Shown here piece after piece: positions 18,415 through 28,738 of a stretch of 64,000 bases of DNA. Made by a program: the position numbers and the translations under genes. The stretch comes from a virus. The notes below the pieces were generated by a model. That model saw only the letters and a program-made list of their open reading frames with translations, searched no databases and had not been told where the DNA came from. The stretch covers positions 1-64,000 of IMG/VR virus record IMGVR_UViG_3300025137_005002; one strand, written 5' to 3'. Numbering within the stretch: position 1 is the stretch's first letter; each line of letters begins with the position of its first letter.

Positions 18415-19922
18415 TGTTAACACTAGGAGTTAGTTCAGGATTTCATGATGCCGGATTGGCAGTTGTCGAAGACGGTGAAGTAGTATTTGCTGGACACAGT
18501 GAAAGATACAGTAAACAAAAACACGACAAAGACTTACACCCTGATATTATTAAACAAGCATTGTCATATGGCAAGCCTGATGTTATTGGGTTTTACGAAA
18601 CTCCTTGGCTTAAGAAGACTAGAGAGTTATATGCCGGACAAGGTATGTTTGGTGATCGTTCAAGTACATGGACAACTAAAGGTGCGTTACGTCAACAGTT
18701 TGGAGACTTACTTCCTAAAACAAAAATTAAAACATATAGACATCACCAAAGTCATGCGGCGGCAGGATTTCAAACAAGTCCTTATAATGATGCAACAGTT
18801 GTTGTTATCGATGCTATTGGAGAATGGGAAACTATTACTATATGGCACGCCGAATATGATGAGAAGATGAATGCAGTATATAAAAAATTGTACAGTCAAA
18901 AGTATCCACATAGTATTGGATTATACTATAGTGCTATGACACACAGACTAGGCTTACGTCCACTTGATGAAGAATACATTATGATGGGCATGGCTGGTTG
19001 GGGTTTACCTACACACTCAAGTAACATACGACAAGCACTAGTACGTGATGATGCTAACACAAAATTTACACAAAACTTGCACATTGGAGTTGACAATGAC
19101 TTCTTAAAAGACGTAAACGAATATGAGATAGCCGCAAGTGCTCAAGAAGTTGTTGAAAAACTTATTGATAATGTAATGGCTAGAGCAAGAGGGTTTAACA
19201 AAAGTCGTAATTTAGTTTACATGGGAGGCGTTGCTCTTAACTGTTTATACAATCGTAACTTAGGTAAGTTCTTTGATGACGTTTGGATTATGCCTAATCC
19301 AGGAGACTGTGGAAGTAGTTTAGGTAGTGCCGCATTAGCATATGGAAGTAGACTTAATTGGGAAACACCATTCTTAGGAACACCTATTGTTGGCAAGTAT
19401 CCATCTGAAGAACTAATAGACGAACTACAAAAGAATAAAATTGTAGGAGTAGCAAGTGGTAAAGCAGAGTTTGGTCCACGTGCATTAGGTAATAGAAGTT
19501 TATTAGCAGACCCTAGAGGTGCAGAAATAAAAGATAAAGTAAATGAGATTAAACGTAGACAAAAGTTTAGACCATTTGCTCCAATGATATTAGCAGAACA
19601 CGTTAATGAATATTTTGAAATGCCAGACAAGTTACCAACTAGTCCTTATATGCAAGTGGTAGCAAAGTGTAAAAAGCCAGAAGAGTTTCCGGCTATTATA
19701 CACGTCGACGGAACAAGTCGTGTACAAACAGTAGACGAACACTTTCCAAGTGGTGTCAGAGAACTATTAGAGAAATGGTATGTACTTACAGGCTGTCCTA
19801 TATTACTTAATACAAGTTTAAATATTAGAGGTGAGCCAATGGTTGATACTAGAGCAGATGCAGATAGATTTGAAAAAGAATATGGTGTAAAAGTTTGTAG
19901 TGATGGTGCAGTAAATGTTTGA
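18414..19922 (+). CDS. O-carbamoyltransferase (NodU/CmcH/TobZ family)
   Basis: HDAG, ERYSK.KHD, HHQSHAA, DAIGE, GGVALNC, EFGPRALGNRS, RPFAP, HVDGTSRVQTV, LNTSLN. Confidence 0.93.
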   Translation: MLTLGVSSGFHDAGLAVVEDGEVVFAGHSERYSKQKHDKDLHPDIIKQALSYGKPDVIGFYETPWLKKTRELYAGQGMFGDRSSTWTTKGALRQQFGDLLPKTKIKTYRHHQSHAAAGFQTSPYNDATVVVIDAIGEWETITIWHAEYDEKMNAVYKKLYSQKYPHSIGLYYSAMTHRLGLRPLDEEYIMMGMAGWGLPTHSSNIRQALVRDDANTKFTQNLHIGVDNDFLKDVNEYEIAASAQEVVEKLIDNVMARARGFNKSRNLVYMGGVALNCLYNRNLGKFFDDVWIMPNPGDCGSSLGSAALAYGSRLNWETPFLGTPIVGKYPSEELIDELQKNKIVGVASGKAEFGPRALGNRSLLADPRGAEIKDKVNEIKRRQKFRPFAPMILAEHVNEYFEMPDKLPTSPYMQVVAKCKKPEEFPAIIHVDGTSRVQTVDEHFPSGVRELLEKWYVLTGCPILLNTSLNIRGEPMVDTRADADRFEKEYGVKVCSDGAVNV

Positions 19923-20586
19923 TATTATCTTTATGAGTTACGAAGAACCAAATGCAGATAAGCATTGGGACATTGTAAAGAAAAAGTTTCCATGGAGTAG
20001 AAGAAGTCATGGAGTAAAAGGATTACCAAACGCACATCAAGCCTGTGCTAAAATGGCTCGTACAGAAATGTATTATGTTATAGAAGGCGACAATCTAATT
20101 AGTGAAGACTTTGATCCAAGTTTTAAACCAGACAAGTATGGCAAAGATGCAGTGTATGTTTGGCGAGCTCGTAATAGTGTTAACGATTTAGTTTATGGAT
20201 ACAGTGGTATTAAATTGTTTCCAACGCAAAAAGTATTAGACGTTGATGTGGATAAAGTTGTAGACTTTACTACTGCAATTAGTACAAAGTTTGTACCTTA
20301 TCAAGTTGTAGGTAGTACAGTACATTATGATACTGATCCTTTCAATACTTGGAAGGCGGCATTTAGAGAGTGTACTAAACTAACAAGTAAAGTAATACCT
20401 GGACAAAAGAACGATGAAGATGATGCTAGACTTCGTACATGGACTACAATAGGCAATGGAGACTTTGGAGACTTTAGTATTGCTGGAGCATTGTCTGGTG
20501 CAGAGTATGGAAAATACAACAACGACTATAAAAATATTAATGACTGGAAATGGTTAGAGGAAAGATTTGAACAAGAAACAAATTAA
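19915..20586 (+). CDS. GT-A-like glycosyltransferase (paralog of 913..1851)
   Basis: FDIIFMSYEEPNA...GVKG..NAH...IEGDN...YGYSGIKLFP...AFRE. Confidence 0.55.
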   Translation: MFDIIFMSYEEPNADKHWDIVKKKFPWSRRSHGVKGLPNAHQACAKMARTEMYYVIEGDNLISEDFDPSFKPDKYGKDAVYVWRARNSVNDLVYGYSGIKLFPTQKVLDVDVDKVVDFTTAISTKFVPYQVVGSTVHYDTDPFNTWKAAFRECTKLTSKVIPGQKNDEDDARLRTWTTIGNGDFGDFSIAGALSGAEYGKYNNDYKNINDWKWLEERFEQETN

Positions 20587-21274
20587 CTTTGTAGACGATA
20601 ATGATTTATTTGGTCGTATTGGTTTACTTACAGGCGACACATTATTCAACGACTTGCGTAAAGCGAGTGATAACTTAAACGCAGACTTTACTGATGCGTT
20701 AAGTTGGGGACAATTAAAAAGCAAACGTTGGTTAGTAGACGAGCTAGTTCGTACAGGTGAAGAATTAAGAACTGTATTTGTCCTAGGAGGATGGTACGGT
20801 ACGTTAAGTGCTATGTTGTTTAATACTAATATGGTTATTCATTACATAAGAAGTTTTGATATAGACGAAGGATGTCAACCTATTGCTGATGCAGTTAATA
20901 ATACCCATGTACAAAACAACTGGAGATTCAAAGCAGTTATAGAAGATATGCATAATATAAACTATGACGCACACACTTGGAGTTGTTGGAGTACTAAAAA
21001 TAGTCGTATGAGTTTTCCAGTTACAGATAGACCCAATACAATTATAAACACTAGTTGCGAACATATAGAAAAGTTTGGAGAATGGTATTACAATATACCT
21101 AAAGGAAAGTTATTAGTATTACAAAGTAACAACTATGATAAGTTACCTGAACACGTTAATTGTGCAACAGGGTTAGAACACTTTAGTGAACAGACTCCAA
21201 TGAGTAAAGTTTTATATCAAGGCGAATTGCCATTAAGCAAGTACACTAGATATATGAGAATAGGAATTAAGTAG
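20567..21274 (+). CDS. Class I SAM-dependent methyltransferase-like protein
   Basis: VFVLGGWYG motif I, SFDID acidic motif II, INTSCEH. Confidence 0.55.
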   Translation: MNKKQINFVDDNDLFGRIGLLTGDTLFNDLRKASDNLNADFTDALSWGQLKSKRWLVDELVRTGEELRTVFVLGGWYGTLSAMLFNTNMVIHYIRSFDIDEGCQPIADAVNNTHVQNNWRFKAVIEDMHNINYDAHTWSCWSTKNSRMSFPVTDRPNTIINTSCEHIEKFGEWYYNIPKGKLLVLQSNNYDKLPEHVNCATGLEHFSEQTPMSKVLYQGELPLSKYTRYMRIGIK

Positions 21275-21558
21275 TGGGATTTAATTTTTGGCAATCGATC
21301 CCACAACAAGAAAGGACAATCAAAATGAATGAAGTATTCATCCCCTATAGTTTTAGAACACGCAGAGGTGCTAGAATTACAAATGAAAGATATACAGAAG
21401 GCAAAAGCCTTTGGGAATCAACAAAAGAGTTTTGCAAGAACAATGTAAAGAACAAGTATGTTGTAGACAATACTGTTTACGGTAAAGGTGTTCGTGTTGA
21501 ACTTGAAGATGAAGCAGACGTAGAAGTGATACACGCATGGATCAACAAGAACTCATAG
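21274..21558 (+). CDS. Hypothetical protein
   Basis: ORF in operon context. Confidence 0.45.
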   Translation: MGFNFWQSIPQQERTIKMNEVFIPYSFRTRRGARITNERYTEGKSLWESTKEFCKNNVKNKYVVDNTVYGKGVRVELEDEADVEVIHAWINKNS

Positions 21559-21770
21559 AAGGATTATCTACGAGAGAATTGCAAAAGGAAAGTGCAAAAG
21601 CACTAGCCACGATGAGTGCAACCAGTGTTAACATTCATCAGTTTAACAAACAAGCACACCATAATAGTTGGAACTGGTACAAAGCAGTAATAAAATGGTA
21701 TGTAGAACAACACGGCGACTTACCCAGCAAAGTCGGACCAGGTAAAGATGTAAGGCTTATATGGGAGTAA
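21537..21770 (+). CDS. Hypothetical protein
   Basis: 77 aa ORF overlapping its neighbours. Confidence 0.55.
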   Translation: MDQQELIEGLSTRELQKESAKALATMSATSVNIHQFNKQAHHNSWNWYKAVIKWYVEQHGDLPSKVGPGKDVRLIWE

Positions 21771-21988
21771 GAGTAATTAAGTATGCCAGTGCTTGTTTTA
21801 TTTTAGTAGCAATGGTATTTCATGTAGCAGGTATTACTCCTTGGAATAGTATACTGCAATTAATAGGAGCATCAGGTTGGGTCTACGTAGGATATAAATG
21901 GAATGAGAAAGCAATTATACTTAACTTTCTTCCACAGTTCTTTATAATCATACCTATGCTTGTTTATATATATTGGATAATAAAATGA
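21761..21988 (+). CDS. Small membrane protein
   Basis: Three hydrophobic segments. Confidence 0.55.
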   Translation: MGVRVIKYASACFILVAMVFHVAGITPWNSILQLIGASGWVYVGYKWNEKAIILNFLPQFFIIIPMLVYIYWIIK

Positions 21989-22082
21989 TAGAAGATATGT
22001 TTTTTATAAGTGACTTTGAAATACTAGTTTATACACTAGTGTTTGGTATAGGATTTTTACTTTACATGATGTGGAATGAAAG

Positions 22083-22838
22083 ATGAATATAACAATAGCA
22101 GGATATGGATTTGTAGGCAGAGCAGTAGATACATTTGTTGGAACTAAACATTCAACGTTTATTGTAGACCCTGCTTATAATGAAAATACAATATCTTCAA
22201 TGAGTTGCGATGCAGTTATTATATGTGTAAGTACACCAGCAAATACAAACGGTAGTTGCGATATGACTAACGTTATTAATGTAATTAGCGATGCACCGGA
22301 TGTACCTATATTAATAAAGAGTACAATCAGTATAGAAGGCTGGCGTAAACTTAAAGAACTGTTTCCTAAAAAAGACATAGCATTCAGTCCAGAGTTTCTA
22401 AGAGCTAACACTGCCGAGTTAGATTTTGTTTCACAAGATAAAATGTATGTAAGTGAAAGCACTAATCATTTTTGGGTTGAATTCTTTAAAGGAATAAAAC
22501 CAACACTATCTATTTTTTATGGCAATGCAGAAGAATTAATTATAACAAAGTATATGCGTAATAGTTTTTTAGCAACTAAAGTAAGTTTCTTTAATCAAGT
22601 ATTTGACTTATGTGAGTCATTAGGTGTAGACTTTGAAACTGTTAGACGTTATACTACAGAAGACAGTCGTATAACAGACAGTCATAGTTATGTAACAGAC
22701 GAACGAGGATTTGCTGGACATTGTTTTCCAAAGGATACTCAGGCTATATTAAAAACTGCAAACGAAGCCGGCTATGATTTAAGTCTAGTTAGAGAAGCAG
22801 TACAGTATAATGAAAGAGTTAAGTGGACTAAGAAATGA
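22083..22838 (+). CDS. UDP-glucose 6-dehydrogenase-like protein lacking the C-terminal domain
   Basis: GYGFVG, CVSTP, IKST, SPEFLR, KYMRNSFLATKVSFFN, GFAGHCFPKD. Confidence 0.85.
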   Translation: MNITIAGYGFVGRAVDTFVGTKHSTFIVDPAYNENTISSMSCDAVIICVSTPANTNGSCDMTNVINVISDAPDVPILIKSTISIEGWRKLKELFPKKDIAFSPEFLRANTAELDFVSQDKMYVSESTNHFWVEFFKGIKPTLSIFYGNAEELIITKYMRNSFLATKVSFFNQVFDLCESLGVDFETVRRYTTEDSRITDSHSYVTDERGFAGHCFPKDTQAILKTANEAGYDLSLVREAVQYNERVKWTKK

Positions 22839-23176
22839 AATTAGATGTATTAGATATAGGCGGAGAGGTAGTTAAAGACAATGACACCTACTTACTTAAA
22901 GACAATAAGACTTTAAAAAATCTTGTTGTTAGTAGTACAGATTTAAAACCCAATAGAAGTACTACGGGCCATGCACACGTTGGACAAGAAGAAGTCTATT
23001 ACTTTGTAAGTGGCTGGGGAACAATGGAACTTATTAGCACAAACGGAAAAGTAACAAGTCACGATGTTAAACCTGGTACTGTAATTTTAATTGAAGATGG
23101 ATTCTTTCATAGAGTTCATGCAGGTAGTGACGGTTGTTATTTTGTTTGTGTGTTTGATGGAAAGAGAAATCATTAG
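22835..23176 (+). CDS. Cupin protein (mannose-6-phosphate-isomerase-like)
   Basis: GHAH..QEEVYYF..G.G and G.FHRV cupin motifs. Confidence 0.75.
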   Translation: MKLDVLDIGGEVVKDNDTYLLKDNKTLKNLVVSSTDLKPNRSTTGHAHVGQEEVYYFVSGWGTMELISTNGKVTSHDVKPGTVILIEDGFFHRVHAGSDGCYFVCVFDGKRNH

Positions 23177-23336
23177 TGAAATGGTTTGATTATTTAAGTA
23201 TTTACTGGCACACCAAAGCATTACATTTTGGAATTAAACTTTGGATGTTTGGAGTATGGTATGGATTACCTATCGTAGTAGCCAGTTGGTGGACTTGGAG
23301 AGTATATGAAGAATGTAGAAGAAAGAGTTTATTAAG

Positions 23337-23753
23337 ATGAAAGTAGGAATAACATTTAGTACATTTGATTTGTTACACGCAGGACATATTGCTATGTTGC
23401 GTGATGCAAAGGAACAGTGTGATTACTTAATTGTTGGACTACAAAGTGATCCTACTATTGATAGACCAGATACAAAGAACAAACCAATACAAACAATGTT
23501 TGAAAGATACTTACAATTAAAAGCAGTTGAGTATGTTAACGAAGTTATACCTTATCAAACAGAACAAGATTTAGAAGACATTCTACGAACGTTAAATATC
23601 AATGTAAGGATACTTGGCGAAGAGTATAGAGATAAAGACTTTACAGGTAAAGACATTTGTAGATCCAGAGATATCGAACTATACTTTAACAAACGAGATC
23701 ATAGGTTTAGTACAACTGATCTTAGAAAGAGAGTTAGAAGTGAAGGAGTATAA
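23337..23753 (+). CDS. Cytidylyltransferase (TagD/glycerol-3-phosphate type)
   Basis: TFDLLHAGH (HIGH-type), LIVGL..D, ER, FSTT. Confidence 0.85.
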   Translation: MKVGITFSTFDLLHAGHIAMLRDAKEQCDYLIVGLQSDPTIDRPDTKNKPIQTMFERYLQLKAVEYVNEVIPYQTEQDLEDILRTLNINVRILGEEYRDKDFTGKDICRSRDIELYFNKRDHRFSTTDLRKRVRSEGV

Positions 23754-23946
23754 CGTAAAGATAAAAGTTGGAGACAGTATTAGTGTAGGTCGCTTTCGTA
23801 ACGTTAAAACTAAAATAAAAAGCATTGAACTCGATAAAGATAATCAACCTATTATAATTACTAGTAAGGGCAGTAGGAAGTTACTTAATTTTAAACTAGA
23901 ATCAAAACCAACAAGTAGCAAGCCAGCAAAAATGCTCATGGAGTAA
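23740..23946 (+). CDS. Small beta-rich hypothetical protein
   Basis: GTG start at 23740; IKVGD.I.VGRFRN... Confidence 0.5.
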   Translation: MKEYNVKIKVGDSISVGRFRNVKTKIKSIELDKDNQPIIITSKGSRKLLNFKLESKPTSSKPAKMLME

Positions 23947-23948
23947 TT

Positions 23949-25034
23949 GTGTATAGCATACAAGACATTGATACAGTTCATTTAGAGATTACGCAGAAGT
24001 GCCAAGCCGCCTGTCCAATGTGCGACAGGAATATGAACGGTAAAGGACTTAACCCACATATTAATCTAGACGAACTTACATTAGATGATTGTAAAAAGAT
24101 ATTCACAGTTGACTTTGTTAAACAACTAAAGTCAATGTATATGTGTGGTAACCTGGGAGACCCCATTGTTGCTACAGACACACTTGAAGTATTTGAATAC
24201 TTTAGACAACACAATCCAAACATATGGTTAAGCATGAACACTAACGCAGGTGCTAAGAAACCTGAGTGGTGGGCAAGGTTGGCAGAAGTGTTTGGTAAAC
24301 ACGGACACGTTATCTTCAGTGTAGATGGATTGAAAGACACTAACCATTTATACCGTCAAGGTGTAAGTTGGAAGATAGTTGAACAATCAATGAAGGCGTT
24401 TATTGATGCAGGTGGCAAAGCACGTTGGGACTTTCTTATTTTTGAACACAATCAACACCAAGTAGAAGAAGCCAAAGCAATGGCAGACTCTCTAGGGTTT
24501 GAAAGTTTTGTTAGTAAGAAGACTGGACGATTTGTAACTGCAACAACAGAGAAAAAAGAAAGCCACCAAGCCAAAGACCGTAAAGGTAAAGACAGCACAG
24601 AACTTAAAAAGCCTGATGCTAAATATTTAAACAAAGCATTAAAACAACAAGACGAACTAGTCAACAAACACGGTAGTATGGATGCCTATTACGATAGAGC
24701 ATCAATCGTATGTAAAGTTTCGAACTCTACTACTAAAAGTTTATATATCAGTGCCGAAGGGCTGGCACTTCCTTGTTGTTGGACTGCTGGACGTATGTAT
24801 AAATGGTGGCATAAAGATCCTAAGAAAGAAGAACCTGTTTGGGACTTTATTGAACGTGCTGGTGGCAAAGATAAAGTTGATGCTAGATACGGATTAGATA
24901 AAGTATTCAATACAGGTATTTTTGATGACATCGCTAACAGTTGGAGTAAGCCAAGTTGTGGCGATGGTAAACTTAAAGTATGTGCCATGAAGTGTGGATC
25001 TGAATTTGATCCATTCGCGGAGCAGTTTAAGTAA
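23949..25034 (+). CDS. Radical SAM enzyme #2, C-terminal twitch (type B)
   Basis: LEITQKCQAACPMC, GNLGDP, TN, FSVDG, HN.HQ; C-terminal C...PCC...C..KC. Confidence 0.9.
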   Translation: MYSIQDIDTVHLEITQKCQAACPMCDRNMNGKGLNPHINLDELTLDDCKKIFTVDFVKQLKSMYMCGNLGDPIVATDTLEVFEYFRQHNPNIWLSMNTNAGAKKPEWWARLAEVFGKHGHVIFSVDGLKDTNHLYRQGVSWKIVEQSMKAFIDAGGKARWDFLIFEHNQHQVEEAKAMADSLGFESFVSKKTGRFVTATTEKKESHQAKDRKGKDSTELKKPDAKYLNKALKQQDELVNKHGSMDAYYDRASIVCKVSNSTTKSLYISAEGLALPCCWTAGRMYKWWHKDPKKEEPVWDFIERAGGKDKVDARYGLDKVFNTGIFDDIANSWSKPSCGDGKLKVCAMKCGSEFDPFAEQFK

Positions 25035-26191
25035 TGAAAAAATTTGTTTATGTAGAAGATATCAAACGTATTGAGTTTGGTATTACTAGTCTGTGTAATG
25101 CAGGTTGTCCAATGTGTGCAAGACATATTGATGGAACTAGTATTGTTAAACCAGACTTACCTCTACGAAGTATATCAATTGATGACTTTATAAAGATTTC
25201 AGAAGACATAGGAGTACATACAAGAAAGGTTAACTGTAACCTTTGTGGTACAGTTGGTGATCCTATAGCACACCCACAGATAGAAAAGATACTTCACTAT
25301 GGTGCAGAGAAATATAAAGTTGTTACACTTGATACAAATGGTAGTTTAAGAGATACAAAATTTTGGACTCGTCTAGGAGAAAAGCATCAACAGGTTATTA
25401 AAGACGGAGAAGGTAGACGGGGTATAGAAGTTAACTTTAGTATAGATGGTTTAGAAGATACTAATCAACTATATCGTATTAATACAGACTACAATAAGAT
25501 TATAGAGAACGCACAGGCATTTATTAACGCAGGTGGCAAGGCTATATGGAAGTTTATTATATTTGAACACAATGAACATCAAGTTAGCGAAGCAAAGCAA
25601 AGAGCTGAAGACATGGGCTTTGCAGAATTCTCAACACTAGTAAGTAGCAGGTTTAGATTAAACACAGGCGAAGCAGTTAGTGTAGATAGTTATAAGAAGA
25701 AGGTGAATGCACCAAGTCGTGAGAAAGTAGAACAAACTCAAGACAAGCAATTCAACCTTAAAGCAAGTGATAAGTACAGTAACAAAGAAGTTACAGACTG
25801 GTATATCAAATTTGCTAAACCAGGCAATCAAGAGAAAGAACTAGCAGAAGCAACGTATGACATTAACTGTAAGAGTATCGATAAAGGTTACTTGTACATA
25901 GACGAAGTTGCTAGACTCTGGCCTTGTTGTCACTTTCATGGTGGACTAACAGGACACACGTTTAGAAGGTTCTGGGCAGACATTGAAAAGCAGTATGGTA
26001 AAGACTTTAACAGTTTAAGAACAAGTACGTTACACCAACTATTAGATCACGATTACTTTAAAGAGTATTTGCCTAACAGTTGGGTCAATCCACAAGAATA
26101 CAAACTTTGCAAAAAGTGTGTGCAAGTATGTGACAAGAGCAAAGGCATGAATAAAGATGCACAACAAAAGGCATATACGGAATTAAGATGA
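25034..26191 (+). CDS. Radical SAM enzyme #3, type B
   Basis: CNAGCPMC, GTVGDP, TNG, FSIDG; C-terminal C...WPCC...C...C. Confidence 0.9.
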   Translation: MKKFVYVEDIKRIEFGITSLCNAGCPMCARHIDGTSIVKPDLPLRSISIDDFIKISEDIGVHTRKVNCNLCGTVGDPIAHPQIEKILHYGAEKYKVVTLDTNGSLRDTKFWTRLGEKHQQVIKDGEGRRGIEVNFSIDGLEDTNQLYRINTDYNKIIENAQAFINAGGKAIWKFIIFEHNEHQVSEAKQRAEDMGFAEFSTLVSSRFRLNTGEAVSVDSYKKKVNAPSREKVEQTQDKQFNLKASDKYSNKEVTDWYIKFAKPGNQEKELAEATYDINCKSIDKGYLYIDEVARLWPCCHFHGGLTGHTFRRFWADIEKQYGKDFNSLRTSTLHQLLDHDYFKEYLPNSWVNPQEYKLCKKCVQVCDKSKGMNKDAQQKAYTELR

Positions 26192-27600
26192 AACATAAAC
26201 TACCAAGTAAAACATTTTGTGCTCTACCATGGATGCATTTAAGCAGTAGACCTAACGGACATATGAGAGTATGTTGTACAGCCAATGCAAGTGCAGTACA
26301 GGACGCAGACTCAGGTAAGAAGGTTGGAGGCGGTGAAGTAGGTGTACTAAAGAATGATGATGGTAAGCCTGCTAACTTTAACACTACAGGTTTAACTGAT
26401 GCATGGAACAATAGTTATATGCGAAGTGTACGACTACAAATGCTTAAAGGTGAAAAGCCTGCAAGTTGTTTAAAGTGTTATAAAGAAGAAGAGGCTGGAC
26501 ACGCCAGTAAACGTATGTGGGAGACAGAGTACTGGGGAAACAGATTTAACTTAGAAGAGATAGTTGCAGAGACTACAGCCGATGGCAGTGTACCTCCTAA
26601 GATTCGTTATATAGATTTGCGTATGGGCAGTAAGTGTCAACTAGGTTGTGTTATGTGTAGTCCACATGATTCAAGTGGTTGGGTTAAAGATTGGAAGAAG
26701 ATGTATCCTACACTAGAGAATGCTAAACTTAAAAACAGTATGCAGTGGGATCAAAAAGGACAAGTAGATGGTGCCACATATAATTGGCATATGAAGAATC
26801 CAAAATTTTGGGAAGAGTTATATGAACAGATCCCACATATGTATCAGTTATACTTTGCAGGTGGAGAAAGTACTGTTATTGAAGAACACTACACACTGTT
26901 AGAAGAAGTTGTTCGCAGAGGATATGCACCTAAGATTGAATTGCGTTACAATAGTAATGGAGTTGAAATGCCACAAAGACTGTTTGACTTATGGGATAAG
27001 TTTAAACGTGTTCGCTTTCACTACAGTATAGATGCATACGGCAAACAAAATGATTATATTCGTTACCCAAGTGTATGGGAACATCAAGTGAAACAGTTTC
27101 ATTTATTAGATAACACAGGACCTAATGTAGAAGTTACTACGGCTACAACTATACTAGCACTTAATATCTACTACATACCCGAGTTTGTTAAATGGAAACT
27201 AACACAAAACTTTAAAAAAATTAATATGTGGCCCTTGGGAGCAGGTGGAATTAATATGCACTTTGCTTATTGGCCTCCTCAACTAAATGTTAAAGTGTTA
27301 CCTCCTGAATTTAAAAAGGAAGTTACACGCAAATACACTGAAGACTTTATTCCTTGGTTAAAAGAGAACTGGAAACTATGCACAGGAGTTGAACAAGCAG
27401 ACGTAGACTATGACACTTGGTTAGCAAGTACATACGGAGTTAAACGTTTTGAGAACATTGTTAACTTTATGAACGCAGAAGACTGGAGTGAACGTTTACC
27501 AGAGATGAAAGAGTGGGTTGAAAAATTAGAAATGCACAGAGGACAGAACTTTGCAGAAGCATTTCCAGACATGACACATATATTCGACAACGTAAAGTAG
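26188..27600 (+). CDS. Radical SAM enzyme #4, type A
   Basis: FCALPW...VCC...SCLKC; CQLGCVMC; AGGE; YIRYPS.W. Confidence 0.9.
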   Translation: MKHKLPSKTFCALPWMHLSSRPNGHMRVCCTANASAVQDADSGKKVGGGEVGVLKNDDGKPANFNTTGLTDAWNNSYMRSVRLQMLKGEKPASCLKCYKEEEAGHASKRMWETEYWGNRFNLEEIVAETTADGSVPPKIRYIDLRMGSKCQLGCVMCSPHDSSGWVKDWKKMYPTLENAKLKNSMQWDQKGQVDGATYNWHMKNPKFWEELYEQIPHMYQLYFAGGESTVIEEHYTLLEEVVRRGYAPKIELRYNSNGVEMPQRLFDLWDKFKRVRFHYSIDAYGKQNDYIRYPSVWEHQVKQFHLLDNTGPNVEVTTATTILALNIYYIPEFVKWKLTQNFKKINMWPLGAGGINMHFAYWPPQLNVKVLPPEFKKEVTRKYTEDFIPWLKENWKLCTGVEQADVDYDTWLASTYGVKRFENIVNFMNAEDWSERLPEMKEWVEKLEMHRGQNFAEAFPDMTHIFDNVK

Positions 27601-27604
27601 TGCT

Positions 27605-28738
27605 ATGTCTTTATGTAACGCACCTTTTACCAATTTATACTACTCAAGCAATACAAAACAAGTTGCGTTCTGTTGTGATATGGAACGACAACCTATAAAG
27701 ACTAGTATTAACGACTGGTGGAACAGTGACTACAGTAAACAAATAAGACAAATGATGCTGGATAGAAAGTATCCTGTGGCTTGTAAAAGTTGTGCTCGAG
27801 CAGATAGCCTAGGACTTGAACCTCACAGTCGCAGTTTCGATAGTCAAACAATTCCCAAAGACATAACTAAACCAACTAGCATAGACTATAGACCAGATAA
27901 CCTTTGTAATCTACAGTGTACAATGTGTAGTCCTGTAAGCAGTAACCTAGTAGAACAGTTATGGAGCAAGTATCCAGACGTGTTTGGCGGAGTTACACCT
28001 GTGCCTAAAGACGAAGGTATGGATCAACAGTTAATGAACACACTGGATAAACAAACAGTGGCACTAAAAGTACTAGGTGGAGAACCTACTATTAACAAAA
28101 GAGTACACGAAGTATTCAAGTACTGTATTGATAATGGATACGCAGAGAACATCGACTTGCGTATGACTACTAACTTTACTAACATGAACAGAACATACGA
28201 ACTGTTAGAACAATTTAAGACAGTAAAGATAGGTGCTAGTTTAGATGCTACAGGCCCAACATACGAATATATAAGACAACCTGCTAAATGGAACAGTGTA
28301 AAGAATCATATACTAGACTTTAGCAAAAGATACACAGGCAATAAAAAATTTAAATTAAGTGTTAACATGGTATGGCAACCTACTAGTGCATTTACTGTAA
28401 AGACTTGGTTACCCGAACTGTTTGACTTATTCTACAATCAAGTAACAGTAAGAACTACACAGATAGATATACTACCTGTAAGTCCACATCATACTAACTG
28501 GGCAAGTGTACCCACACACTTGAGATCAAGTATAATCCAAGACTTGGATAGCGTCACTTGTACTAACAGTGAACAACTACAGATTGTAAGAGATATGAAA
28601 CAGATAGCCAGTAGTTATGAACCTTATAGTTTAAGTGAACAACAAAAGTTTAAACAATGGACACTGCAAATGGACAAGCACAAAAAAACAAACATACTAG
28701 AACTAGATCCTAGGTTTAAGGAACTGTTAGAATGCTAG
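27605..28738 (+). CDS. Radical SAM enzyme #5, type A
   Basis: LCNAPF...FCC...ACKSC; DYRPDNLCNLQCTMC; LGGEP. Confidence 0.9.
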   Translation: MSLCNAPFTNLYYSSNTKQVAFCCDMERQPIKTSINDWWNSDYSKQIRQMMLDRKYPVACKSCARADSLGLEPHSRSFDSQTIPKDITKPTSIDYRPDNLCNLQCTMCSPVSSNLVEQLWSKYPDVFGGVTPVPKDEGMDQQLMNTLDKQTVALKVLGGEPTINKRVHEVFKYCIDNGYAENIDLRMTTNFTNMNRTYELLEQFKTVKIGASLDATGPTYEYIRQPAKWNSVKNHILDFSKRYTGNKKFKLSVNMVWQPTSAFTVKTWLPELFDLFYNQVTVRTTQIDILPVSPHHTNWASVPTHLRSSIIQDLDSVTCTNSEQLQIVRDMKQIASSYEPYSLSEQQKFKQWTLQMDKHKKTNILELDPRFKELLEC

